64,000 bases of DNA, taken from positions 44,880-108,879 of the forward strand of contig CAMZEC010000001.1 of assembly GCA_947305645.1 (NCBI GenBank). Direction: 5' to 3'. A model generated the notes under the pieces. That model was not told the DNA's origin. It was given only the letters and a program-made list of their open reading frames with translations, and did no database searches. Made by a program: the position numbers and the translations under genes. This document shows, in pieces, positions 39,701 through 49,349 of this stretch. Positions within the stretch are counted from its first letter, which is position 1. Each line of letters starts with the position of its first letter. The stretch comes from an uncultured Bacteroidales bacterium (GTDB lineage: Bacteria; Bacteroidota; Bacteroidia; Bacteroidales; UBA932).

Positions 39701-39998
39701 GTTCGTCGTTGTTGTCTTTGGCCTGGTATTCATAAGTTCCATCTGCTGAAGGTATGGCTTCCACATATTCTTTCAGGTAACCGGAACTTCCGAAGATAGC
39801 CAGATGAAGGGAGTTGAGTACGCCGCCTTCGTTAAGTGCTTTTGTGCCGGGGGTATAGCCGGGTATAGAGAAACTGACGGTGACTTTTTGCCCGTCTGTC
39901 TCTTCCTTCCCGGGGGCGTCCGCGGAAAGCCCTTTCTCTTGCACGCAAGAGAGTAATGAGGTTGAGCACAGAAGTATGAAGACTATTTTTTTTATCAT
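36738..39998 (-). CDS. Large lipoprotein, putative pilus tip/adhesin
   Basis: Lipobox LLSC, GTKAL propeptide motif, YYKVDL-like and RNFKY pilin motifs; last gene of the operon. Confidence 0.7.
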   Translation of the reverse strand: MIKKIVFILLCSTSLLSCVQEKGLSADAPGKEETDGQKVTVSFSIPGYTPGTKALNEGGVLNSLHLAIFGSSGYLKEYVEAIPSADGTYEYQAKDNNDEPLYYVEDDGGNPTSEKTTQVTGHPVMHVVPKYSFKATVSLSDGERSVHFIGNGPATIPFGFDTKVMPSLLSANGDMGYWQMITLSSISAVQVNGRFIDKYGDVIEDGEGIYPDDYPVVEDRGKTRYVADEATERAFNNNGLGIPLIRNWSKIVLRAEEDSNFTPISLAVVNVPTRGAIVPYSGKTQFISNYQDRSFLYLENEIQYPGNLPPGTLFDATVPSAEAFSAPFGEGVADAAAGEAVYLYERPAPTNEIPPSFVIIYGHYDNPEDVNNVPGDYFYKVDLMESRQETVDGETQWNSFYYPIYRNFKYQIIVKKILSQGHSTPAAAAASAGSADVSADITTGSLSDISDGVGRLHVTWMSKAFTKSHGPDDPVNDLHAWFSSTSTGEPDMSPASEKKVTVTLLPADDGGSDIISNLAIGDPSDDTGSKGWRPITFQTAAPGKTVRSQSIRITGTHEFGRLYRDVSITIQPIQPMTVSCKYPSVEPDRGSSQEIIISIPDGLGESMFPLDFTIEAERMTLTPDNTSGDNLPVSYGASISENEGFEGKSSFQFIRTLTWEEYTTLSRYEDDDEFVWRNLNCHFITNRDDSATTVWVYNEFFDKASTSFNNFVYHRFRDLGFNEAIPEQADQPVTLSFKMGEPNEQGIWPEILIMVRGLVCTTEGIDAGPVNGSYLYRPGTKNVTLSFETTDNDADIAVDLSAEDYEDAHVESYRFPYASFLDGHLMRSNNEWNTNIYGSNVAWGYINQDNKKNVIFAYKDHPDKLNTKVTLTLTNLNCAVAFPNTPTGPRNMKGDSNYHEYELTSVGGLADAELVLSSPGYITKTIRAGRFKGNIRSMLMNKNNAFASNSILGNSPYEYTYEQDGGKVKLSFDDLPVAPDDKLTLPAGGTYTMTITSLNSNQTLFYVNVFFKTENNKVLAPATITPSVGTMARYFGSNNQYVWNIPRGYKTVNVTFEAPADSDIIITDMYVKAFNGSLYENGQPIP

Positions 39999-42532
39999 CT
40001 CGGTTGATCTCCCCACGTAAAAATTGTCTTGTCTTCCAGCCGGCTGTCTCCCCAGTACCAGGTGTCGTAAACGCAGCGCGTAAGGGCGTAAGTCTGTTTA
40101 GGGGCGTCCAGAACGGTTTTGTCTTTAACCTGGATAGCACCGTTGGCGGACCAGTAGTACGATCCGTTGCTGAACAGGAAAGTGAACGCTTCGTTTGCCG
40201 AAAGCATAGCTATGAATCGTATCTCTCCCCGGGTGGGCAGGCGCCAGCGGCCGGCCGGATAACCGTCTTCCTGGTAGGTGGCGCAACGGTAGCGGGCTTC
40301 GGCCATGGGGGTACCATTATAGTATTCTATGCCTCCGTGCTTGGATGCAATGCGGTAAGCAGGCGCCATGAGGTCCCTTGTACGGTCCGACGGGTCGGCC
40401 GGATAATAATAAGTAAGGCTGCGTTGTTCGCCGGTGGATACCAGAACTACGTTCCCGTCACCGTCCTTGACGAGTTCTCCGTTGGTGTTCGTTTTGGGTA
40501 CGGTGGTAGGTGCGGTGCAGAAAGGTACCGGAGTGCCATCCAGCATTACAGGGTTTAAATTGTCAATCTCATCAGTGCGCGGGTCGCCGATCAAGAAGTC
40601 GGAGCCCTCGGGGAGCACTGTTATGTTCATCTTGTAGATGGAGCGGCTTCCTCCCGTATAATGGACTATACGCCACTGGAGGTCCATCATGTCCGGTTTG
40701 GTTCGGACCGTGCCCCCGCTTGTGCTGTCCCAAGTCTCTCCGTTAGCCACATATACATCTTTCTTGGCGTCATACTCCGCTCGCGTACGCTGTGCGCCGT
40801 CAACGTATACATAGCCCCAGTAAGTCGATGTATAGTTGTTGGGCTTCGGCTTGCCGGTTGCCCTCACGGTAGGGTCGGAGTTCTCCTGATACTCAATGTA
40901 TATGGCTGGAGACTGAATAACAGTAACCTTCTTCTCGAACGAAGAGTCGTTGGGCCTGTCTGCATGCCTGAGGGTGAATGTTACAGTGTACGGAGAATAG
41001 TCGAAGAGAGGATTCTCGTAATTGTTCTCCAGCTTATGCTGGAATATGATTGCGGTTCCTTCTTCCGTTGCCGAGTCCGTAACCCACTCCTTGCCTTCGT
41101 TGCGGGCCAGGCGCTGGTCATAATCGTAACTTAAATAATAGGAGTCCTTAGGATATATGTCATTATCTCCGGCCTTGCAAATGGTTCCTCCGAGAGCGGG
41201 ATCACCTACGGTCGTCTTCTCTCCATAATAAGGACGGGTGGCTTGTATGTTCTGTATGGTGACAGGGTGGCTTGACGTGTAGTTGAGCCGCACGTCCGTG
41301 GAGATATTTCGTACGTAAACGGTATCCTTGTCCACCGACAGGTAGCGCGCGTTGCCGATTTCCGCGTTCTTGATCACCACGTCCTTGTCCTGCCAGTCAA
41401 CTATGTAACACCATGCATTTTCGATTGGAACCATGGCCTCGTCGGTCTCGGAACCCAGAATACTGACCTTGATGTTGATGTGATACCAGTTGTTGCGTAC
41501 AAAACGGCATTTGAATTCAGAACGGCGGTCATCCGGGATGATAATCTTGTAGTAGTATTGTTTCTGAGTGCCGGTGCCCTCACTCCCGGAGACCCTCACC
41601 CATGGTACTACCAGCTTGAGAAACGGCTCCTTGTCCGGACTGTCCGTAGAACCGTAGGTCCAGTGCTGGGGGTACATATATGTGGGATAGGTGTTATAGT
41701 AGTTGCCGTCTTTTTCGAAGTACGAGTGCACCTGGTCCTGGAGGTCCATGTAAGCGAACGGCAGGGGGTTGTTCTTGTAACTGAAATACGTGGGGTCCGT
41801 CGTCTTTTCTCCCCCCAGGTTCACGTCGCAAACGCCGTTCACGAGATAAATCTCCATGTTGTGAATCATGGGCTGCCATTTCTCGGTGCCTATCTCCACT
41901 TCGTCGGCTACATCTACCCCTACGGTCAGCTTGCATGCGTAGCGCTGAAGGTCTATTGTGCCGGCTGCAGTCACGGCCACCGAACGTCCCCGGAGGGTAA
42001 GGTCGGTGGATCCGCTCATCAGGAAAGAGGTCTGCCTGTGGTTTGCCGGGGATACGAAGTCTGATGTTACCACGAGCTCTTCCAGCTCCGGAAGAGAGGT
42101 TCCGCTCAAGTCTGCAACGTCCTTACCATTGACTGTAGTGTGATTGACCATGGTTCCGGGGTAGTTGACCACGGCGAATACGGTGCAGTTGCGTATGTCT
42201 TCCTGGCTCGGGAAGATAAGATTGTTTATGTCGTCCGACCCCAGCTCTATACGGAGCACGTCGCTGCGGCGCTTTCCTGATTCCTTGCGGGCATGGAATG
42301 TGGCGTTTTCCGAGGTCCTGTCGTCGGGGTAGAAGAAGAAATCAACCCAGTTGATGAGGTTCTCGTTATATTTGTCTATACCGTCTTCAACGCCGTCGTT
42401 GCCGGCACGCGTTTCCACGGCATCTCCGGTGTTGAGTGTAAGCTGTATGACCGGACCGTCCCAGTACTCGTCCTTGGTACAGGAGAACAGCAGGGCAAAA
42501 GCCACAAGTACATATGCAAGACGGCGTATCAT
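39995..42532 (-). CDS. Fimbrillin-like minor pilin lipoprotein
   Basis: LFSC, ETRAG, EN.I..VDFFFY, RNNWYHI; C-terminal CATYQEDGYPAGRWRLPT. Confidence 0.75.
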   Translation of the reverse strand: MIRRLAYVLVAFALLFSCTKDEYWDGPVIQLTLNTGDAVETRAGNDGVEDGIDKYNENLINWVDFFFYPDDRTSENATFHARKESGKRRSDVLRIELGSDDINNLIFPSQEDIRNCTVFAVVNYPGTMVNHTTVNGKDVADLSGTSLPELEELVVTSDFVSPANHRQTSFLMSGSTDLTLRGRSVAVTAAGTIDLQRYACKLTVGVDVADEVEIGTEKWQPMIHNMEIYLVNGVCDVNLGGEKTTDPTYFSYKNNPLPFAYMDLQDQVHSYFEKDGNYYNTYPTYMYPQHWTYGSTDSPDKEPFLKLVVPWVRVSGSEGTGTQKQYYYKIIIPDDRRSEFKCRFVRNNWYHINIKVSILGSETDEAMVPIENAWCYIVDWQDKDVVIKNAEIGNARYLSVDKDTVYVRNISTDVRLNYTSSHPVTIQNIQATRPYYGEKTTVGDPALGGTICKAGDNDIYPKDSYYLSYDYDQRLARNEGKEWVTDSATEEGTAIIFQHKLENNYENPLFDYSPYTVTFTLRHADRPNDSSFEKKVTVIQSPAIYIEYQENSDPTVRATGKPKPNNYTSTYWGYVYVDGAQRTRAEYDAKKDVYVANGETWDSTSGGTVRTKPDMMDLQWRIVHYTGGSRSIYKMNITVLPEGSDFLIGDPRTDEIDNLNPVMLDGTPVPFCTAPTTVPKTNTNGELVKDGDGNVVLVSTGEQRSLTYYYPADPSDRTRDLMAPAYRIASKHGGIEYYNGTPMAEARYRCATYQEDGYPAGRWRLPTRGEIRFIAMLSANEAFTFLFSNGSYYWSANGAIQVKDKTVLDAPKQTYALTRCVYDTWYWGDSRLEDKTIFTWGDQPR

Positions 42533-44043
42533 AGAACAAATCTGAATACCCAGTTGATGGCTTCCGTGTTGGCGTCTATCTCCCGGTCGCCCACCTTTAC
42601 GGCAAAGGAAAGCGTTATGGCCTTTCCGGTGGCGTTTCCGGGAATGTCGGCGCGTTGTACTACTATGTTGATACGTCCGTTGTTTACCGACGGGTCGATG
42701 GAGGAACCGTCCGGCATGAACACGTCAAAGTATGTGGCGTCTCCGACAGGACGCAGCAGAAGCTGTCCGCCTACGGGAGTGGTGATTGTGATATGTCCCT
42801 TCGCCGCTATACCTGGCAGCAGATGGGCGTCGTAATGATCCGTGGATGTTTCTATTAAGTCTACAGTGGAGAAATCCAGGGTAAACTTGTCCTTGACGTT
42901 GACCGACTGCTTGGAAAAGTCTACCAGGAAAGTGCTGTAGTCCCAGGGGAGCACGTTAAGCGCAATCTGAAGGTTGCGGCCGCTCAGGAAATAACCGTAC
43001 ACCGTCCAGGTGCGGTTGCGTGCGAAGTCTCCCGCAACGGCCATATTGAATTCCCTGGAGCGTTCTTTACCGTTGACGGTATACTCTATCCGCCCTACCA
43101 GGCGTTTGTCGCTCTCGCGGAAGTAAGTGTAACCAAGGTCCGTGAGCTTGTTGCCGGCCACTGCGTCGTCCAGCATTCGCTCGTAGGTTTGGGAATCCTG
43201 GTTTACGTAGATATAATTCTCCGGAGTGTCTGTTTCGGCAATGGAGGTACCTGCAGGCCAGTTGATAATATACGAAAGAGGATCGAAATTGTTCCTGTCC
43301 TGGTCTGTGTCTTCGTGCACCACGCCTGATTCCCCGGATGTGAAGACATATTCCTTGAAGGGAATGGAACGCTCGTTCAGGATAATCCTTTTGATCTCCA
43401 CCTCGTCATTGTTGCCCTCTGTTTCCATCTTGCAGAAGATGAACCGCAGGCGTGATACGGCACGCTTGAGGGATACCGTCTTGACGTGTAGCACGGGGTC
43501 TTCCCCTTCTATGGCCATATCTTTGCTGCACGCGCTCATGGGCAGTCCGAGGCTTTCGTCAACTGAGTGTACAGGATGGCTGAGGCCGAAACCACGATAC
43601 GGGTCTACTGAAGAGTCCGCAAAGTAAGCATCGTTGAGCGTGTCCCAGTCGGAATCTACCGTGAGGGCGTCCTGCATGTTTATGGCGGCTGCATTCGCAA
43701 GCACGAACACATCTACATTGGGCTTTTCGGTCGCGAACTGGGCGCTGACGGGGAAGGAGTAACGGCGAGTGCCTCCGCCGACCGGGAAGTCCTCTTCCGA
43801 GAGTGCCATGGACTTGACAAGGGTATGGTCGTCGCTGCGGAATACCCAAACAATGAGGCTGTGGATGGCATTTTCCGCATCGGAAGCCGGCAGGCTGCCT
43901 ACGGCCCCCTTGGTGCCTGCAGTCTCGGGGAACTCGATGGATATGCCAAGGGTGGTATCCACGTCGGTGCGCGTTATCTTGTCCCCGCAAGCCGTTATAA
44001 CGGAGGATAGCAGAAGTATAATGGCCAGTATCCTTGCTCTCAT
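42529..44043 (-). CDS. Fimbrillin-like minor pilin lipoprotein
   Basis: ITAC, GTKGA, ENAIHSL.VWVF, LPMS, LKRAVSRL, RNRTW. Confidence 0.75.
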   Translation of the reverse strand: MRARILAIILLLSSVITACGDKITRTDVDTTLGISIEFPETAGTKGAVGSLPASDAENAIHSLIVWVFRSDDHTLVKSMALSEEDFPVGGGTRRYSFPVSAQFATEKPNVDVFVLANAAAINMQDALTVDSDWDTLNDAYFADSSVDPYRGFGLSHPVHSVDESLGLPMSACSKDMAIEGEDPVLHVKTVSLKRAVSRLRFIFCKMETEGNNDEVEIKRIILNERSIPFKEYVFTSGESGVVHEDTDQDRNNFDPLSYIINWPAGTSIAETDTPENYIYVNQDSQTYERMLDDAVAGNKLTDLGYTYFRESDKRLVGRIEYTVNGKERSREFNMAVAGDFARNRTWTVYGYFLSGRNLQIALNVLPWDYSTFLVDFSKQSVNVKDKFTLDFSTVDLIETSTDHYDAHLLPGIAAKGHITITTPVGGQLLLRPVGDATYFDVFMPDGSSIDPSVNNGRINIVVQRADIPGNATGKAITLSFAVKVGDREIDANTEAINWVFRFVL

Positions 44044-44044
44044 G

Positions 44045-45961
44045 CTAATCCAGTGTTACGTAAGACGCCGCGGACATGGTCCAGTTCAAGGAGGTGTTCA
44101 CGCCGAGTACCAGTTGCGCCCGTCCGAGCTCGGGTATGGCTATATGGGCGAACCTGAAAGAAGGCACGCTGAAATGGGCCTGTGTGTAGCTGTCCCTCAT
44201 GAAGACGCTCGGTATGCTGGCGTCTGTAGAATGCTCAAGTTTTCCGGTAAGGTAAAAATAGCCTCCCGGTTGTATGATTCCCTCCGCTCCGGTAAAGGCC
44301 TCGCCGCTGTCATTCCTCAGTTCGAGGCATATGTAGATATCCCTTCCGGGGGGAGTGGGCAGCACCAGGGTTCGAAAGTCTGCGGACTTTACGTGGGTGA
44401 GGTAAACGTTGGAGATACGGTTGTCGTAGATACTGTATTCCGACGTGTTCGTGTCCGGGTCAAAGCAGAAAGTCTGGCCGTATTGACTGCCGATGATTAT
44501 GCCGGTCACCGGGAAGTTGGTTCCTGTGGCCGAGCAATAGGTTCTTGGATTGTCGTCATTGTCTTCCAGGGCCGTGGAGTTTGCGGATACGGTGGCTACC
44601 AGCATGCCGCAGGAATACTGCAACGGCTCATCGAATGCCACGCTGTGCGTCCTCTTGTTAACCACCTTTCCCTGCCGGTATTGGTTAAGCAGCGTATTCC
44701 AGCTTTCGACGTCCTGGGTGAACTTTTTCTGTATGTCCCTGTCGGACGCGGTGCTCAAAGTGGAATTGGAGAAGTAGTACAAGGACGGCATGAAGCAGAA
44801 GCGGTCTATGGGTGCGATTCCGTCCAATCCTTGCATCACGGGTTGGTACTTGGTGCCTGTCCATCTCATGACGGCGGAACCTTCCGGCAGACCCAGGGAT
44901 GAGGGATAATTCTTCTGGGACAGAGATACGAAGCTCACGACCTTATCTCCGCTTATTTTAATCTTGCCGGCATCCTGCTGGTCGTAAAAATGACGTAAGA
45001 TTGTCTCGCATAGTTTATTGTACAGGTCTTCGTACAGCAGCGGCGTTTCAGTTCCCATGGTCTGGTATGCCGGGAACTGTTTTCCGTTTATGTTGTGCAT
45101 GTACTGGGTGTCATCCTCGACAGTATACCTTAAGAGACGCTGGTATAGTTGGGTGAGCATATATTCGGTGCTCGCTCCGGAGGCACTCATTACGGCACCG
45201 TCTCCCGTAACCCATTTAAAGTATTCTTTAAGAAGTGGCTCCGCCGTTTCGTCATCCCAGCGAACAGCCACATAGCCTGCAGTCCACACATTGTTGCGCA
45301 AGTAAAAGTAAGCTTGGGTAAAGCTGCATTCGGCAATTATGTCTGTGAGGATTTTGGCCATGGCGTCAGCATCGCCGGGAATTCCACCGGAATAGATAGG
45401 GTCCGGAGCGAAGGTGATGCTGCTTGCAGACGCGGCCGACATGGATTCGTCGAGGCCGGTCACGATCAGGGAACCTTCCTGGCGTTTCTTTTCGTCTCCG
45501 GAAGCCGCGGAAGTACGGGGAGCGGTTCCATAAACGAGTACCGAGGCGGTGCTTTCAGGAAGAGCGCTGGATGCCGCAGGATAGAAGTGAGCCTTGTTGT
45601 TCCTGATAAGTCCGGAATGGTAGACGGAGTTGGAATATGCGGCAGCATCCCATGTGCCCATAATGGAAGGGAGCGGACGCGGAGAGGTTATGGCAACATC
45701 ATCTGCTTCAACAGCCCCGTGCCGTGTGAACGGAATAACGCAGATGTTGTCCATGCCCCTGAAAGAGCCGGTGTTGGACAACTCTGTAAGATAGCTCACA
45801 TTTGCCTTTGTTTGGTCTTCGGCCTCGTTCTGAAGGGCAAACGCCAGTTCCACGGGAATCATATTGACCTCGCGGACAGCGGCTCCGCCCTCCTGCTCCT
45901 TTTCGGAACAGGCTGCCGAAGCCAGGAGGCACAAAGACAATATGAAGGCACGTATGCGCAT
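44045..45961 (-). CDS. Pilin-like lipoprotein paralogous to the first operon gene
   Basis: AAAC, QTKAN, FRGMD, LYYFSNS, LELRN.SG..F.G..G.I..GG.FYL, IPEL...LVLG. Confidence 0.75.
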   Translation of the reverse strand: MRIRAFILSLCLLASAACSEKEQEGGAAVREVNMIPVELAFALQNEAEDQTKANVSYLTELSNTGSFRGMDNICVIPFTRHGAVEADDVAITSPRPLPSIMGTWDAAAYSNSVYHSGLIRNNKAHFYPAASSALPESTASVLVYGTAPRTSAASGDEKKRQEGSLIVTGLDESMSAASASSITFAPDPIYSGGIPGDADAMAKILTDIIAECSFTQAYFYLRNNVWTAGYVAVRWDDETAEPLLKEYFKWVTGDGAVMSASGASTEYMLTQLYQRLLRYTVEDDTQYMHNINGKQFPAYQTMGTETPLLYEDLYNKLCETILRHFYDQQDAGKIKISGDKVVSFVSLSQKNYPSSLGLPEGSAVMRWTGTKYQPVMQGLDGIAPIDRFCFMPSLYYFSNSTLSTASDRDIQKKFTQDVESWNTLLNQYRQGKVVNKRTHSVAFDEPLQYSCGMLVATVSANSTALEDNDDNPRTYCSATGTNFPVTGIIIGSQYGQTFCFDPDTNTSEYSIYDNRISNVYLTHVKSADFRTLVLPTPPGRDIYICLELRNDSGEAFTGAEGIIQPGGYFYLTGKLEHSTDASIPSVFMRDSYTQAHFSVPSFRFAHIAIPELGRAQLVLGVNTSLNWTMSAASYVTLD

Positions 45962-46989
45962 TAAAACTCTACATTATGGCTTGGACCCTGGCTCCAGTCC
46001 AGGGTCACGTTAACCCCTACCGTGGGGTCAGTGGTGTCCGCGGCTCCGCTCTGAAGGACGCGGACGCGAAGTATCTTGTACTGCCCGGCCCTGAGGGGCT
46101 TGTGAACGTGCAGGAACGACCTGGTCACAGTGCCGTCCCGTGTCGTGCAGTAGATGTGGTATTCCCATAGCGAACCTTCTGCTTCGTCTGAAACAAACGG
46201 CTCCTCCGTTTCTATCACGGCCTTGGTCCCTATGAGGTCCTTGGACGGGAAGTTGATGGTGGAAAAACACATGGTACCATCATCTCCGGTCTCTACTTCT
46301 TCTGCGCGTACAATAGGTGAGCGTCCGTAAATGAAGGTGCTGTCGCAAATTTTAAACCCGGTAGCGAACCCGGTAGCGAAGACCTCGATATCACGGATGC
46401 TGCTGCCAAGGGTGTCCAGCACCAGGGATGTGGCGCAGTTGGCCATATACAATTTTACCTCGAAGCTCTGGTTCTCTCCTTCCACGATGTCCATGGGCAA
46501 CCTGGCGGTGAAAAGGCCCGTCTTGTGATTACCTATGGTGTCCGCCGTTTTCTGCATAAGGCGCGCCGTATGGCATGAGTCTCCGCTCTCCAATGCTATG
46601 AGGCCGTTTTCCGATATGTTGGCTATGGCCAGATGCATGTATCTGCGCTTGGGTATGTTCAAGGTATAACTCTGCTGATTGGCATCCATTATGTGCGTTT
46701 CACGGTGTATTCGCAGGGAGTCGCCGGTATCGTCGTAAAAACCGAGGTCTACGTCGTGGGCAAAGTCGGTGAACACATCTTTCAAATACGTTCTCAGCTG
46801 GCTGGCTATCGTAATGTCTGAAGTCATGCTGAGCTGAGTGGAAAGCTCCGTGCTCAGGTTAGTGACCATGCGGAGCTCATAGTCCAGGCCGTATTCCGTG
46901 TCGCAAAGACTCAAATCCTCGTCCACGAGGCTGCATCCGGCAAGGATGGCAGCCCCGAGGATGAGAATAAGTATGTATTTTGGGGACAC
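45961..46989 (-). CDS. FimB/Mfa2-like anchor pilin
   Basis: GTG start; LAGCSLVDEDLSLC N-terminus typical of FimB/Mfa2. Confidence 0.7.
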   Translation of the reverse strand: MSPKYILILILGAAILAGCSLVDEDLSLCDTEYGLDYELRMVTNLSTELSTQLSMTSDITIASQLRTYLKDVFTDFAHDVDLGFYDDTGDSLRIHRETHIMDANQQSYTLNIPKRRYMHLAIANISENGLIALESGDSCHTARLMQKTADTIGNHKTGLFTARLPMDIVEGENQSFEVKLYMANCATSLVLDTLGSSIRDIEVFATGFATGFKICDSTFIYGRSPIVRAEEVETGDDGTMCFSTINFPSKDLIGTKAVIETEEPFVSDEAEGSLWEYHIYCTTRDGTVTRSFLHVHKPLRAGQYKILRVRVLQSGAADTTDPTVGVNVTLDWSQGPSHNVEF

Positions 46990-47009
46990 GGACAGATAGG
47001 GATGTCCGA

Positions 47010-49300
47010 TTAATTACCGCCGAGGATAACGTCGTCGAATACCATACCGGTGGACCAGTTCACATCAACTGAGAGGCCCAGGGTAACGGAACCGGAGCGG
47101 AGGTCAGGTACGGTGAGATATGCATGCTTCAGGGAGTTCACGCCGAAGGTAAAGGTTACGTCGGTCATGAAATCCTGCATGAAGATACGCTTGACCTGAT
47201 TGGATGTGCCGTCCGCTTTGTAAGGAGGCAGCACATAACCGGTGGTCGGCCAGGTAGGGTCGGAAGAAGGGTTGGCGGGATCCAGCTCTGCAATCAGGTA
47301 GAAGTAACCTCCGTCGCGGATAAGGTTGAAGTTGCCGTAGAAGTCGGAACCGGAATTGTTCTGGAACTCGAGGGCTACGTATACCTTGTCCTGTGCTGTT
47401 GCTGAGGCGCCAGGGTTGTAATTGTCGAATACCATGGTGTAGTTAGGGCTCGACTTGGACGAGGTGTTTGCGGGAATGGCCTGGGCGCCGGAAGGTATGG
47501 CCTTGTCGTATATAAAGCCGTACTTGGCTGAAGTGGTTCCGGGAACGTTGCAAGGCAGGTAGTCCCAGCCAACATTTTGGCTCTGGCCGCCGATTATGAT
47601 ACCGGTGAGCTTAAAGGAGGCGTCGGTAACATTGATGTCCTTGTCTTGTTCTGTAAACGCGATAACCTCGGGGGCGGTAGTGTTGGTAAGGTCGAGACCC
47701 TCGAAATAAGCTTGCACGGCACGGTTGTTATCTTTCAAGGTGCCCACAGCATACTTTACCTGGGTCTTAAGAAGGGCTGTTCCGTAATTGATGTCGTATT
47801 TCATTGCTACGCCGCGGGTAGATGCCAGCACGTGGCTGCCGCTCCAGTCGGCGCTCCAGGTACCGTTCCACTGTCCGTCAGCAGTACCGGAGCCGTTAGG
47901 ATAGGAGGAAACTGCCGCGTCTTTGCTCGTGGTGCGTACGGGGCTGTTACCGAAGTACATAAGTTCTGCCGGGTAGTAGTAACTTTCCGCATTGAAGCTT
48001 CCACCAGCCATAATGCCTCCCATTCCGGAAGTGTTGAAAGTCTGGGGATAGTAGAAAACTTTCTTGGTGGAGTCGAAGGCCATATGGGTGGCTCCGCGGG
48101 GCAGGTTGTACCTGTAGGGGAAAGTATTGAGGTCAACTTCGCCGAGAGCTGCGAGTTCGGACGCGGTCGGCCAGTCAGTATTAGCGGAATTTGCGGGCTT
48201 GTCTGCGAGATCTGCATTGAACTTGGCTACTATTCCGCTGGTTCCTGTTAGGGCCCTGAAGTCAACGCCGGTGATAGGGGAACCGTCTGTTGGCTTGGTG
48301 GAAGCGTCGAAATAGCTGTCTATTCTCTCATATATCCTTGCGGCCAGGAATTTTGCGATAGTCTCGGCCTCGTTGAGGGGCTCTGCGCAACGCACCTCGT
48401 TGATTACTGTCCAGAGGTCGGTGATTGTACGGATCAAAGCTTCACCGGAAGCGGCTCGTAGTTCTCCGCCGGCAGCATTGATGGTCGTCATCTGTGTGTA
48501 AGCGCGGCCGAGCTTTTGCTCCAAGGGCCAGAGGTCATGAGTGGTTATGAAAGGACTTTTATCCCCAGCGTAATCGGACCAGTAGTAATTGCCGTAAGCA
48601 TCAGCAGCGATGTCGAATTTGTAAGGCTTGACATTGGTGTTATTGTTGGGCTTCTCGGTACTGACAATAGCAGTATGGTTGCTTCCTGCCAGGTTGCTAT
48701 TCATGATTAAAGACATGATACCGGCAAGAAGTTTCTCTTCAGTATAGAATTTGTCTTTGTCCTGAAGACGCTTTCCGAGCTGGAAAACCGTGCTTCCTGC
48801 GGTTGCGTTGATGGTGTATGCGTCCAGATGTCCGTAACACTCTTCCCTGGTGTAGCCGTCATAAGTCTCGGCGTTGTTGACGGCCTTGCCGTAGAACAGG
48901 AGGGTGTTGGTGTTCAGAGGGAGGGACATTTCAAGTACACGGCGGCTGTCGGTAGAAGACAGGGTGTTGGCTGAACATACCTCCGCAAGGTCGAAGGTCT
49001 TGTCTGCATTTGCGTCTGCAGCAAGAATCTTTCCGTCAGCGGGCTGTCCGCCGCCGTCTGTCTGCTTGTAGGTGAACAGAACGGCATGGTCTATGCCGCG
49101 GAAGGCATTGGTGCTGGTGGCCTGGGTGGCGGCAGCGTTCTGCTTGGTCTTTCCTCCGGCAGTGGTAGAAACATTGAAGATGAAGTTGGTCGTAACCTCC
49201 TTGTTCAAAGGATTGTAGTTAGGGTTGACCCTTCTCTTTCGCATGCACAAAGTGCAGTAAGCGCCAAGGTGCTTGCAACAAAGATAAATTTTAGTTTCAT
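47010..49300 (-). pseudogene. Major pilin-like lipoprotein, frameshifted just after the signal peptide
   Basis: ATG 49300 gives MKLKFIFVASTLALTALCACEREG, stopping at 49205. The main frame (VNPNYNP...TVPDLRSG.VTLGLSVDVNW) is restored by +1 nt near 49230. Confidence 0.75.
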
Positions 49301-49349
49301 AATCGTTAATTATAATAAATTGAATTGTTGATGTTGCGGGTAAAAAACA

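Noticed and set aside
49301-49349. Invertible promoter for the pilus operon
   Set aside because: No inverted repeats or recombinase; only a short AT-rich spacer
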